DNA of 64,000 bases. Source: an uncultured bacterium. GTDB taxonomy: Bacteria > Lernaellota > Lernaellaia > Lernaellales > Lernaellaceae. Positions 11,075-20,693 of the stretch are shown here, in pieces (position 1 is the stretch's first letter; every line of letters begins with the position of its first letter). Location of the stretch: the NCBI GenBank assembly GCA_964534375.1, contig CAZHPN010000006.1, positions 2,787-66,786 on the forward strand. Direction: 5' to 3'. The translations under genes were made by a program, and so were the position numbers. The notes beneath the pieces are model-generated. The model was not told the origin of the DNA. It was given only the letters and a program-made list of their open reading frames with translations, and did not search any database.

Positions 11075-12841
11075 ATGTCCTACAGCCGCGCGAAAGCTTT
11101 GGGCGGGTTGCTGGTCCTGCTCCTGATCGGCCTCGCCGTTTATTATCCGGCGCTGCACCGCTCGTTCGTCTACGACGACATCCTCACCGTGCGCGACAAC
11201 GACTTCATCGCGCGTCCGGGCAACTTGCTCCACTTGTGGGGCATGGAGTATCTGCGCGGCGCCGGCGAGCAATCGTACCGGCCCGTGCTGACCGGCAGCT
11301 ACATCATCGACTGCGCGATCTGGGGCAAGGCGCCGTTCGGCTTCTCGCTGACCAATCTGTTGATCCACATCGCCGGAGCCTGGCTGCTCGGGCTGCTGTT
11401 GTGGTTGTGGTTTCCGCACCGCGGGCTGTTCGCCGGCGCGGCGGCGCTGCTGTACCTGCTGGCCGCCGCGATCTCCGAGACCGTCATTTCGCCGGGGCAC
11501 CGCGAGCAGGTCTTGAGCGTGCTGCTGATGTTGGCCGGCGCGCACGCCTGGACGCAGGCCCGCGCGGGCCGCGCCTGGGTGCGCCCCGCGGCGCCGATTC
11601 TTTTTTTCGTGGCGTGCATGACGCTGGAATGGAGCGTCCTGGCGCCCTTCGCGCTCCTCGCGTGGGCCTGGGCGTCGGGCGACGACCGGCGCCAGGCGCT
11701 GCGGGCGACGTGGCCCGAACTCGCCGCCGTCGGCCTTTTCCTGGCCTTGTACGCGTTCGCGTTGCCGCGCGAGGACGTCGACGTCAAATGGATCGGCGGC
11801 GGGCATCTCGGCGGCCTCTGGAATTTCGGCCCGCTCGTCGCGCGCTACGTGCGTATCGCCCTGCTGCCGTTGAATTTGCGGCCGTACTATACGTTCCAAC
11901 CGACGCCGGTTCGGTGGGCCGCGGTCGCCAACGTCGCGTTGTGGGCCGTCGTACTGGCGGCGGGCTGGGCGCTTTACAAGCGGCGCGCCTGGGGCCTGGG
12001 CCCGCTGCTGTTCGTCGCCGCGCTGTTGCCGATGGGACACGTCACGGGGCCGTTTTGGATTCCGCTGGCCGAGCGCTATCTGGCGTTGCCGCTGCTCGGC
12101 GGGATCCCGCTGCTGGCCGCGGCGCTGACCGCGAACAAGCGGCGGTTGGCGATCGCGCCGGCCGTCGTCATCTTTTTCGCCTGGGCCGCGCTCGCCCGCG
12201 GGCACGCCATGGATTGGCGCGACGGGATCTACTTATGGGGCAAGGCGGTCGCGCTCGAGCCCGACGATCCGGTGAGCTGGACCAACTACGCGGCCAGCCT
12301 CGCCGCGCACGGCGAACGCGAGCCGGCCATCGAAGCCCACCGGCGGGCATGGGCCGCGGCGACCCGCGCCGGCGAGGAGAATGCGCAGCAGCCGATGAAC
12401 GTCGCGCAGGCGCTGGCCGCCGCCGGGCGTCCGGCCGAGGCCTGCGACCTGCTGGCCGAACAGGCGCCGCGCTTCCGCCTCGAGCGCGAGTGGCTGCTGG
12501 ACCTCGGCCGCCTGTGCGCCGGCCGCCGGCAAAAAATGGCCGTCGACGCGCTGGCGCAGGTGGTGTCGCGGAACCTGAACGACGGCGAGGCCTGGGCCGA
12601 TTTTTGCGCCGTCGATCCGTCGCGCGCCCAATCCTGCGTGCGCGAAGCGTTGCAGCACTGCCCGGACGACGGCCGGCTGTGGCTGCACGTCGCGGCGATC
12701 AACGAGGCGCTCGGCGATGCCGCCAAGGCGGCGCAGGCCGTCGGCGTCGCCCTGCGGAGCCCGCAAGGCGAATCGCTGCGCGATCCGGCGCTGGCGTTGC
12801 TGCAGCGGCTGAAAGCGCGCGAACGCGGGGCCGCGCCTTGA
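11075..12841 (+). CDS. Polytopic membrane protein with C-terminal TPR repeats (TMTC/PMT-like glycosyltransferase-C fold candidate)
   Basis: 588 aa. About 10 N-terminal TM helices, then TPR-like repeats (WTNYAASLAAHGEREPAIEAHRRA...). The overlapping ORF 10705..12897 is Arg/Gly-rich nonsense and was rejected. Confidence 0.55.
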   Translation: MSYSRAKALGGLLVLLLIGLAVYYPALHRSFVYDDILTVRDNDFIARPGNLLHLWGMEYLRGAGEQSYRPVLTGSYIIDCAIWGKAPFGFSLTNLLIHIAGAWLLGLLLWLWFPHRGLFAGAAALLYLLAAAISETVISPGHREQVLSVLLMLAGAHAWTQARAGRAWVRPAAPILFFVACMTLEWSVLAPFALLAWAWASGDDRRQALRATWPELAAVGLFLALYAFALPREDVDVKWIGGGHLGGLWNFGPLVARYVRIALLPLNLRPYYTFQPTPVRWAAVANVALWAVVLAAGWALYKRRAWGLGPLLFVAALLPMGHVTGPFWIPLAERYLALPLLGGIPLLAAALTANKRRLAIAPAVVIFFAWAALARGHAMDWRDGIYLWGKAVALEPDDPVSWTNYAASLAAHGEREPAIEAHRRAWAAATRAGEENAQQPMNVAQALAAAGRPAEACDLLAEQAPRFRLEREWLLDLGRLCAGRRQKMAVDALAQVVSRNLNDGEAWADFCAVDPSRAQSCVREALQHCPDDGRLWLHVAAINEALGDAAKAAQAVGVALRSPQGESLRDPALALLQRLKARERGAAP

Positions 12842-12893
12842 CAATGGCGGCCGCGGCAACTATGTTCGGTCGGATATATATTGGTTTTGCAAT

Positions 12894-13193
12894 ATGAAAG
12901 AAAATTTCAGCGATCAGGCGAAAACGTTGCGGCTGCTGGGCAACCCGACGCGCCTGCGCATCGTCCGCGAATTGGCGGCCGGCAGTTGCTGCGTCAAAAC
13001 ACTATGCGAGAACTTGCAGTTGCCGCAGGCGACGGTCAGCCAGCACCTGGCGCGGCTGCGGCGCAGCGAGATCGTGGCGGCGGCGCGGCAGGGCGCGCAA
13101 GTTTGTTATTCGTTGACGGATCCGCGCGCGGCGCGCATTCTGGCCGCGCTTCACATCTCCGGGAACGGCAGGAGGAAAAATGAACGAAGTTAA
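12894..13193 (+). CDS. ArsR/SmtB family transcriptional regulator
   Basis: 99 aa. ArsR wHTH (LGNPTRLRIVRELAAGSCCVKTLCENLQLPQATVSQHLARL). Overlaps the downstream trxA by 14 nt. Confidence 0.75.
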   Translation: MKENFSDQAKTLRLLGNPTRLRIVRELAAGSCCVKTLCENLQLPQATVSQHLARLRRSEIVAAARQGAQVCYSLTDPRAARILAALHISGNGRRKNERS

Positions 13194-13494
13194 TGACGGC
13201 AATTTCGAGACTGAGATTTTGAAGAGCGAGATTCCGGCGCTGGTGGATTTTTGGGCGCCCTGGTGCGGGCCGTGCAAACTGATCGCGCCGGTGATCGAGC
13301 AGCTCGCGACGCAGTACGCCGGCAAGGTGAAGATCGTCAAAATGAACGTGGACGAGGCCCCGGCGACGCCGGCGAAATACAACGTCCGCGGCATTCCGAC
13401 GGTCATCATGTTCAAGAACGGCGAGGAAGCGGACAAGATCGTCGGCGCCGTGACGCGCGCCAAATTCGAGGAAATGATCAACAAGCACTTGTAG
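13180..13494 (+). CDS. trxA: Thioredoxin
   Basis: 104 aa with the canonical WCGPC active site and thioredoxin-fold conservation. Confidence 0.9.
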   Translation: MNEVNDGNFETEILKSEIPALVDFWAPWCGPCKLIAPVIEQLATQYAGKVKIVKMNVDEAPATPAKYNVRGIPTVIMFKNGEEADKIVGAVTRAKFEEMINKHL

Positions 13495-13512
13495 GCCGCG
13501 CCCGCCGGCCGG

Positions 13513-14214
13513 CTACGACTGCCGTTCCACGAACGCCGCTAGCCACTGGTGCAGCGGCAGCACCGCCTTGTAGTGGCGAATGCAAAAATCGAGCAGTTTG
13601 GCCGAATAGAACTCGGGCGGGATCTTGCCGCCCCACCCCGCGTACATCCCCGCGTACAGCAACAACGCCGCGTTCGGGTGCTGCGGATCGAAGCCGCGGG
13701 GCACGCGTTTGTAATGCTGCCCGCCGACCTCGTATCCCTTTTTTTCGAGCGCGCGCACCGCGTCCGCGAGCGCCGCCCCGTGCACCGGATGCACTACGTC
13801 CTGCCGAAAAGCCGGCAGCAGTTCGTCCGGAAAATGGTACATCCCGACGCCCAAATAAATCTCCGGCGGCTCGAGATGGAAATAGAATCCGGAGTTTTCC
13901 ATCCGCGCCCGCGGACCTTCCCACAACCACAGCCCGAGGTGCGTCTTGTACGGCGACTTGTCGGTGGTGAAACGCGCGTCGCGGTTGATGCGGAACAGCG
14001 ACCGGTTGGCGCGCGGGTCGGCGATCACGCCCGGCGCCAATTTTTGCAAACGCTCGCCGAGTGCGAGCACAAACGCCCGCGTCGGCGCCAGCACGTCCGC
14101 TTCGTATTCCGTCCGATGCGCCTCGAACCAGCCCTTGTTGTTGTTCTTCGCGAGTTGCCGAAAGAACGTCGCGGCTTTTGGCGTGAATCCGCTGAACGTC
14201 GCCGTCTCGGTCAT
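13513..14214 (-). CDS. DUF2461 (TIGR02453) family protein
   Basis: 233 aa with characteristic motifs (NNNKGWFEAHRTEYE...RINRDARF...LYAGMYAGWGGKIPPEF). Confidence 0.6.
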   Translation of the reverse strand: MTETATFSGFTPKAATFFRQLAKNNNKGWFEAHRTEYEADVLAPTRAFVLALGERLQKLAPGVIADPRANRSLFRINRDARFTTDKSPYKTHLGLWLWEGPRARMENSGFYFHLEPPEIYLGVGMYHFPDELLPAFRQDVVHPVHGAALADAVRALEKKGYEVGGQHYKRVPRGFDPQHPNAALLLYAGMYAGWGGKIPPEFYSAKLLDFCIRHYKAVLPLHQWLAAFVERQS

Positions 14215-14500
14215 GCGTTTTTCTCCTTGCGCGCGTTATCAGGGCTTAAGTGTAAGTGCCGCGCGCCTCGCCGGCAAGCCGACCGGCAACCTATCTGAGT
14301 CGCTGGCTCAAGTTTTTTGACAGGATCATTCAACAGTGAACAGTGAGGACAGTCGTTCGCGATGATCCAACCCAACGCCAGAAGAGGGGTAAATAATCCC
14401 GTTGATCCTGTTGATCTTGTTGATCCTGTCAAAAAAAACAAACGAAAACCTGATCCCGTCGACCTGTCCACGTATTTTTGCGAAAATTGCCGGCGGCGTT

Positions 14501-15243
14501 TCAATTGATGTCGAAATCGCCTTGTTTGCCTTCGAGGAACGCGCGGACGAACGGATGCGCGGACGCGCGAATGTCGTCCGGCCCGCCTTCGAGCAAAATC
14601 CGACCCTTGAACAGCACGGCGATCTTGTCGGCGGTGCGCAGGGCGGCCTGCACGTCGTGGCTGATGATGAAATTGGTCAAATGGAAGCGGCGCTGCGTGT
14701 CGACGATCAGGCGGTTGATGTTGTCGGTCATCAGCGGGTCGAGGCCGCTGGTCGGTTCGTCGTAGAGGATGACGTCCGGGTTGCGGATGATCGCACGCGC
14801 CAGGCCGACCCGTTTGCGCATGCCGCCGGAAAGCTCCGACGGCATCTTTTCTTCGACGCGTTCGAGTCCGACGGCCGCCAGCGCGCGCTCGACCTGCTCG
14901 CGGATTTCCGCCGCCTTCAGCTTCGTGTGCTCGATCAGCGGAAAGGCGATGTTTTCGAAAACATTCAGCGAATCGAACAGCGCGCCGTCCTGAAATAGGA
15001 CGCCAAAGCGCGAACGCACGCGGTTGATCGCCCGGTCGTCGAGCTGCGTGATGTCCTCGCCGTCGATCAGCACCTGGCCCCGATCGGGCTTGATCAGGCC
15101 GATGATGTGTTTGAGGGTGACGGACTTGCCGCTGCCGCTGCGCCCGAGCAGGCAGGTGATTTTTCCGTCGGGGATGTCCAAATCCAGGCCGTCGAGCACC
15201 TGCTGGGCGCCGAACGATTTCGCGACATCGACCAGCCGGATCA
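14501..15243 (-). CDS. ABC transporter ATP-binding protein (MlaF/Ttg2A-like)
   Basis: Walker A GRSGSGKS, signature LSGGMRKRVGLARA, Walker B ILYDEPTSGLD. True start MIRLVDV at 15243, not the track's 15475. No permease gene follows. Confidence 0.8.
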
Positions 15244-15252
15244 TCGCCCCTC

Positions 15253-16359
15253 TCAGATGCAGCGTGCGAGCACGTCGACGACGTCCAGGATGTCCAATTT
15301 TTCGTCGGCCTTTTGGAACGTGCGCAGACACGTCGGGCAGGCGGTCACCAGCGCCTTCTTTTCGCCGTCGTAAACCTCGCGTAGCCGCTCGGTGGCGATC
15401 TCGCGCACCATCGGCGGGTTGGTCGTCGCCAGGCCGCCGCCGGCGCCGCAGCAATAGGCGTGGCGCTGGTTCCAACTGAATTCGGCCAGCGGCTCGCGGC
15501 AGACCTCGTTAAGCAGCTTGCGCGGCTGGTCGTAGACGCCGAGGTAGCGGCCCAGATAGCAGGGGTCGTGATAGATCAATTTGCGCGAAAACGGCCGGCG
15601 GATCGGCAGTTTGCCCTCTTCGAGCAGCGGGGCCAGGAATTCGGTGATGTGGTAGATCCGCTCGGTCAGTTGCACGCCGACCTCGGGCAGGCGCACCTTC
15701 AGCGACCATGCGCAACTCGGGCAGCCGGTGATGATGACCTTCGCCTTGGCGAGCGACACGGCCAGACGGTCGGCGTTTTGCTTGAATTCGGCCATGTAGC
15801 CCAGATCGTAGAGCGGCACGCCGCAGCAGGGGACATCGGCGGCATAGCAGGCGACGTAGTTGACGTCCATCGCTTCGAAGAGCCGGAACGTGTTCTTGAT
15901 GGTCTGTGCGAAGTTGTACATGTTCGCGCAGCCGGGGAAGTACACGACCTGCGCTTCCGGGTTGAACGACGAGGAGGGCAGGATGGTCCGCAGCCGCGCC
16001 GCCAGATCGTCGCCGTAGGGGTTGCGCTGCTCTTTGAAGAAATTGAGAAACTCAACCGCTTCCTGCGGCTGAATCTTCTGCTTCGTCGCCTCGGTCCGGG
16101 CGGCGAGCATCACCGGCGGCACTTCGATCTCGTGGTCGCAATACTCCCGGCACAGCATGCAGGTCGTGCATTTGTACACGGCGTTGGCGACTTCGCGATC
16201 CCAGGCGACCGTGCCTTCGTTCACCATGTGCAGCAGCGTCTGACGGCCCCACGGGGTGTAGGTCTCGTTGCCGCTGGCGTTGCCGACGGGGCAGGAAAAC
16301 CGGCACAGTTTCGGGCAGTAGGTGCAGTACTCGATTTCCTTGTGAAAATGCTTCAGCAT
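15253..16359 (-). CDS. (Fe-S)-binding CCG-domain subunit (GlcF/LutA/HdrD-like)
   Basis: Two ferredoxin-type Cys clusters (YCTYCPKLCRFSCP, CTTCMLCREYC) followed by two CCG domains (CYLGR, YCCGAGGG). Start at 16359 overlaps the upstream oxidase stop by 7 nt. Confidence 0.75.
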   Translation of the reverse strand: MLKHFHKEIEYCTYCPKLCRFSCPVGNASGNETYTPWGRQTLLHMVNEGTVAWDREVANAVYKCTTCMLCREYCDHEIEVPPVMLAARTEATKQKIQPQEAVEFLNFFKEQRNPYGDDLAARLRTILPSSSFNPEAQVVYFPGCANMYNFAQTIKNTFRLFEAMDVNYVACYAADVPCCGVPLYDLGYMAEFKQNADRLAVSLAKAKVIITGCPSCAWSLKVRLPEVGVQLTERIYHITEFLAPLLEEGKLPIRRPFSRKLIYHDPCYLGRYLGVYDQPRKLLNEVCREPLAEFSWNQRHAYCCGAGGGLATTNPPMVREIATERLREVYDGEKKALVTACPTCLRTFQKADEKLDILDVVDVLARCI

Positions 16360-17786
16360 GGTTTCTCCGGATCGACAGCGAAGGCGCCGGGATTGAGGAT
16401 CTGGTTCGGATCCAGCCGTTTCTTGACGCCCAGCAAGATCTCGCGGGCGGGGTCCGCCGCCGTTTTCCCGCGGCCCTTCGCCGCGCCGTGGCTGCGGCTG
16501 ACCACCGCGCCGGCGCCGCGCGCCGCGGCGAGCGCCGCGTTCCGCGTTTTTTCGACGAACGCCGCCGCATCGCCGTTGTCCGCTTTGCCGACCATCGTGA
16601 AGAGGAAACCGCAACCTTCAGGATACGCGTGCGGCACGTTCGCCAGCAGTTCGACGTCGCCCGGCGTCGCCTCGCGCACCGCGCGATGAACCGCCGCCGC
16701 GTCCCGCCAGACGGCCGCCGCCTCGAGGTGTTCGAGCACGCCGCCGGCTTCTTCGAACACCGGGCTCTGCCGATAAAACTCGGCGTAGCGGTGTTCGCAC
16801 CAGACCCGCGCCGGCTCTTCGCCGTGGTCGCGCCCGCCGTTTTGCCGGCAGATTTCCAGCGCTTTGCGGCCGTAGAGGTCGACCTGCGTCGGCCGGCCGT
16901 CGAAGACCAGCGCCAGCAGGCAACCGCTGACGTTGACGCCCAGCGCCTTCAGGTTCGTCGCGACATCTGCTTCGTCGGCCAGGCGCAGGAACGACGGTTT
17001 CATCCCCGCGCGCAGGATCAAGCGCAACGCCGTCAGGCCTTCTTCGAGCGTCTTGAAGGCCAGGCCGCGGAAATAGCGCGCCTCGGGCAGCAGGTGAATG
17101 CGCATGTGGGCGCGCGTAATCACCCCCAGGGCGCCTTCGGAGCCGATGAACAGATGGTTGAAATCCGGGCCGGTCGCGCGGCGGGGGGCCGTGCGCGTGT
17201 GCAGCACGGCGCCGTCGGCGAGCACCACCTGCAGGCTCACGACCATGTCCTCGATCTTGCCGTATGTCGTCGCGGCCATGCCCGCCCCGCGCGTCGACAG
17301 CCAGCCGCCGAGGGTCGAACTGCCCAGCGAACCCGGGAAGTGGCCCAAGGTATAGCCCTGCCGGTTCAGGTCGTGTTCGAGGTGCGCGCCGATGATGCCC
17401 GGCTGGCAAACGCCGATGCAACTCAATTCCGAGATGCGCTCCAAGCGGTTCATGCGCTTCATATCGAGCACGACGCCGCCGCAATCCGGGGCCGCGTCGC
17501 CGTCCAGGCCCGTCCCGCCGCCAAACGGCGTCACGGGCATCCGCACTTCGTTGCAGAGGCGCAGGATGCGGCTGACTTCCTCGGTGCTCTCGGGCCAGAC
17601 GACGAAGTCAGGCCGGCGGGCGACGTGGCCGTTGCGGGTTTCGAGGACGCTGGCCGTTTGCATGTCGCGGCTGTAGGCGACGCCTTCGAGTTCGCTGCGG
17701 CTGACGCGTTTGCCGCCCACGACGTCGCGCAGGCGGTTGAGCAACTCAACGTTGATGGCGCGCCGCGCCGCGGATTGGGTCGTCAT
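16353..17786 (-). CDS. FAD-linked oxidase (GlcD/GlcE, D-lactate dehydrogenase family), subunit 2
   Basis: FAD-binding PCMH domain (VVWPESTEEVSRILRLCNEVRMPVTPFGGGTGLDG) and C-terminal oxidase domain. True start MTTQSA at 17786 (4-nt overlap with the upstream paralog). Confidence 0.8.
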   Translation of the reverse strand: MTTQSAARRAINVELLNRLRDVVGGKRVSRSELEGVAYSRDMQTASVLETRNGHVARRPDFVVWPESTEEVSRILRLCNEVRMPVTPFGGGTGLDGDAAPDCGGVVLDMKRMNRLERISELSCIGVCQPGIIGAHLEHDLNRQGYTLGHFPGSLGSSTLGGWLSTRGAGMAATTYGKIEDMVVSLQVVLADGAVLHTRTAPRRATGPDFNHLFIGSEGALGVITRAHMRIHLLPEARYFRGLAFKTLEEGLTALRLILRAGMKPSFLRLADEADVATNLKALGVNVSGCLLALVFDGRPTQVDLYGRKALEICRQNGGRDHGEEPARVWCEHRYAEFYRQSPVFEEAGGVLEHLEAAAVWRDAAAVHRAVREATPGDVELLANVPHAYPEGCGFLFTMVGKADNGDAAAFVEKTRNAALAAARGAGAVVSRSHGAAKGRGKTAADPAREILLGVKKRLDPNQILNPGAFAVDPEKPC

Positions 17787-19357
17787 GCCAGACCCATCTT
17801 TCCCGGATTGAGAATCCCGTTCGGGTCCATTTCCTTCTTGAACGCCTGAAACAACTGCATCGCGGCGCCGTGCTCGTCCGGCATGAACCGCGCCTTGGTG
17901 AAGCCGATGCCGTGATGGTGGCTGAGCGTCGCGCCGACGCGGTGGCAGGCGCCGACGGCGGCGTCCCAGACGGCGCGGTGGGCGGCCTCGGTTTTGTCGA
18001 TGTTGGCGGCCGAGGTGATGAACGTGAAGTAGATCGAGCAGCCGTCGAGATAGGCGTGCGAAAAGTGCGCCATGATGAACGCCAACTCGCGCACGGAGTC
18101 GCGGACGGCGTGGTAGAGCTGCGCCACGCGGCGCCAGGTGCAGGCGAATTCGATCGTGTCGACGATCGCGCCGTGGTAAAACACCTTCGACTGCAAATAC
18201 GAAACGTGATAGCGGTTTTTCCACCAGCGCATCGCCGGATCGGGGCCTTTGTCGCGGCCGCCGACCTTTTCGCAGATCAGCGTCGCCATGTCGGCTTCTT
18301 CGCGCGTCAGTTCCTCGTCGCCCTCGAAGGTGAGCACCAGCAGGCAGCCCTTGGCGAAGCGGTCGAGCGTGTTGATCAGGTCGGCCCGCTGGCCGAGGAA
18401 CCGCCCGACGCGTTTGATCGCCGCCGGCAGCGCGCCGCCGGGCACGATGCTCGCCAGCAAATCGCCGAACTGCGAGAGCGGGATGAAATTCAGGATGCTT
18501 TCGCGGCTTTCGCCTTCCTTGCTGCTGTTGCCGACGATCGCCGTGTCCAGTTCGTCGTAAAGGCGCATGGCCGCCGGCCGCAGCTCGTGGCGCATCAGCA
18601 GCCGCATTGCCTCGACGCCGGTTTCGATGGTCGGAAACATGAACGACAGGAACCGGCGCGACTCCGGGTTCGGCCGGACGCGGCAGGTCGCCTCGGTGAT
18701 GATGCCGAGCACGCCCTCCGAGCCGACGAGAATCTGGTTCCAGTCGGGGCCGGGCGGCCGGCGCGGGGCCGATGGCGTGCGCAGCAATTCGCCCGTGCCG
18801 AGCACCGCCTCCAGGCCCATGACCATGTCTTCGATCTTGCCGTATTTCGCCGAAAGCTGGCCGGCGGACCGCGCCGCCAGGTAGCCGCCGAGCGTCGAAC
18901 TGTAGATCGAACTGGGAAAGTGCCCCATCGTATAGCCGCGGCGGTTGAGCTCCGACTCGAGCAACTGCCCGAGGATGCCCGCCCCGGCCGTGACCGTCAG
19001 CGATTCCTCGTCGAGGTCGACGATCTGTTTCATCCGCTTCATGTCGAGGATGATGCCGCCGCGCAACGGCGCCGCGCCGCCGCAGACGCCGCTGCCCGCG
19101 CCGTAGGGCACGATCGGCGTGCGCGTCTCGTTCGCGAGGCGGACGATCTGCACGACCGCCGCGACGTTCGCCGGCCAGACGATGACGTCCGGCAGCGGCC
19201 CGACGCGGCCCTCGTTGGCGGACAGATTCAAAATCGGCGCGTTGTCGTGGCTGTACGTCAGGCGGTCGAGATCCGACAGCGAAACGTTCGCCCCGCCGAC
19301 GATGCCGCGCAGCCGCTCGCGCGTTTCCGTGGTGGCCTGGCTGGGAGAAAGGGTCAT
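17783..19357 (-). CDS. FAD-linked oxidase (GlcD-like), subunit 1
   Basis: 524 aa with the same FAD-binding architecture (VIVWPANVAAVVQIVRLANETRTPIVPYGAGSGVCGG). First gene of the operon. Confidence 0.8.
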   Translation of the reverse strand: MTLSPSQATTETRERLRGIVGGANVSLSDLDRLTYSHDNAPILNLSANEGRVGPLPDVIVWPANVAAVVQIVRLANETRTPIVPYGAGSGVCGGAAPLRGGIILDMKRMKQIVDLDEESLTVTAGAGILGQLLESELNRRGYTMGHFPSSIYSSTLGGYLAARSAGQLSAKYGKIEDMVMGLEAVLGTGELLRTPSAPRRPPGPDWNQILVGSEGVLGIITEATCRVRPNPESRRFLSFMFPTIETGVEAMRLLMRHELRPAAMRLYDELDTAIVGNSSKEGESRESILNFIPLSQFGDLLASIVPGGALPAAIKRVGRFLGQRADLINTLDRFAKGCLLVLTFEGDEELTREEADMATLICEKVGGRDKGPDPAMRWWKNRYHVSYLQSKVFYHGAIVDTIEFACTWRRVAQLYHAVRDSVRELAFIMAHFSHAYLDGCSIYFTFITSAANIDKTEAAHRAVWDAAVGACHRVGATLSHHHGIGFTKARFMPDEHGAAMQLFQAFKKEMDPNGILNPGKMGLA

Positions 19358-19704
19358 CTTCGTCTTTTCACGAAAAGTTAGGGTTTTCTCGCGCCGCCAA
19401 TCGCGACACCTCAGGGTATTGCCGCGGTGCGTCGATCGTCAAGTGCTCCGGAGCGAACGCGGCGACGTCGTGCAGTCACACGAGACGAAGCCTGCGCCGG
19501 TCGGACGCATGCAGTTCGCGACCGAGCTGTTCAACGTTGGCGCGTCGCGCGGTGCGGCGATCAATGAGCGGTGAGGGCTGGACTCTCGCGCCAAGAAGTG
19601 GAACGGCGAGCACGGCGGCCGGCGATTCAGGGCGCCGCAGCCCGCTTGCCGCGCGGCGCGCATCCGGTTAAAACGGGGAACATCCCGCACTGAGTGGAGC
19701 CGCG

Positions 19705-20244
19705 ATGTCGCTGGAAAGAATTCGCGAGAAGTTCGCGCATCTCGACCGCGAAGGTTTGTTGAAGCTCATCTCCACGTACGCCCACAACTGGCTGGCGCAC
19801 GACGGCTGCTGGTTTCTCGCCTGCGAAGAGAAATACGGCCTGAACACGGCGATCGAAATCGACACGGCTTCCTGGCGGCGATTCACGGTCGCCGAAGCGA
19901 AGCGGATCGTGAAAGAATTTGCGATCCCGGCCGGCGGCGGGCTCGACGCGCTGGAAAAGGCGCTGGGCCTGCGCCTTTACGCGTGCGTCAACGAGCAGAC
20001 GATTCGGCGCGAGGGCGATGCACTGTTTTATGAAATGAAGGATTGCCGGGTGCAGGAAGCGCGCCGCCGCAAAGGCCTGCCCGATTTTCCGTGCAAGCCG
20101 GTGGGCCTTGTCGAGTACGCGGGCTTCGCCGAGACGATCGACCCGCGCCTCGCAACCGAGTGCCTGCGCTGCCCGCCGGACGACTGCGCCGGCGGTTATT
20201 GCAGGTGGCGGTTCACCTTGAAAAACGCAGGAGAATTTAAATGA
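19705..20244 (+). CDS. Hypothetical Cys-containing cytosolic protein
   Basis: 179 aa with a CxxC...C C-terminus (ECLRCPPDDCAGGYC). First gene of a three-gene operon. No family I can name with confidence. Confidence 0.45.
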   Translation: MSLERIREKFAHLDREGLLKLISTYAHNWLAHDGCWFLACEEKYGLNTAIEIDTASWRRFTVAEAKRIVKEFAIPAGGGLDALEKALGLRLYACVNEQTIRREGDALFYEMKDCRVQEARRRKGLPDFPCKPVGLVEYAGFAETIDPRLATECLRCPPDDCAGGYCRWRFTLKNAGEFK

Positions 20245-20690
20245 GAGCCACGGAAAGCCGTCGAACCCGCTTCATTGTCGGACGTTTGAATCGCGGCGAC
20301 CATTTGCCGGATGCGCTGCTGGCGGTCGCCGAAAAATTCGGCGTGAAAGCCGGGCAAGTCCACGCGATCGGCGGCGTCACGAACCTCGCCGTCACCGAAT
20401 ACGACCTCGCAACGAACAAGTACCGCGGGCCGCTGCGCCGCGCCGGCATGACCGAGGTGCTCTCGCTCGCCGGCAATCTGTCGCTGCGCGAGGGCAAGCT
20501 GTTCGGCCACCTGCACATCAGCGGCTGCTGGCACGAAGACGCGGCGACCAAGGCGATCGCCGGGCACCTGGTCGAGGCCGAGGTGTTCGTCTGCGAATTT
20601 CACATCGTCGCGTACGACGACGTTGAACTTACCCGCGAGCTCGATCCGCAAACCGGGCTCGCGCTGTGGAACCTGCCGGACAAGGAGTAA
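20241..20690 (+). CDS. PPC/DUF296 domain protein
   Basis: 149 aa. DUF296 signature (HLHISGCW..., EVFVCEFHI). ATGA overlap with the upstream gene. Confidence 0.55.
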   Translation: MRATESRRTRFIVGRLNRGDHLPDALLAVAEKFGVKAGQVHAIGGVTNLAVTEYDLATNKYRGPLRRAGMTEVLSLAGNLSLREGKLFGHLHISGCWHEDAATKAIAGHLVEAEVFVCEFHIVAYDDVELTRELDPQTGLALWNLPDKE

Positions 20691-20693
20691 CCC

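Noticed and set aside
10705-12897. 730-aa plus-strand ORF overlapping the TPR membrane protein gene
   Set aside because: It is an alternative frame of the same region and translates to Arg/Gly/Ala repeats. The 11075..12841 frame gives coherent TM helices plus TPR repeats.
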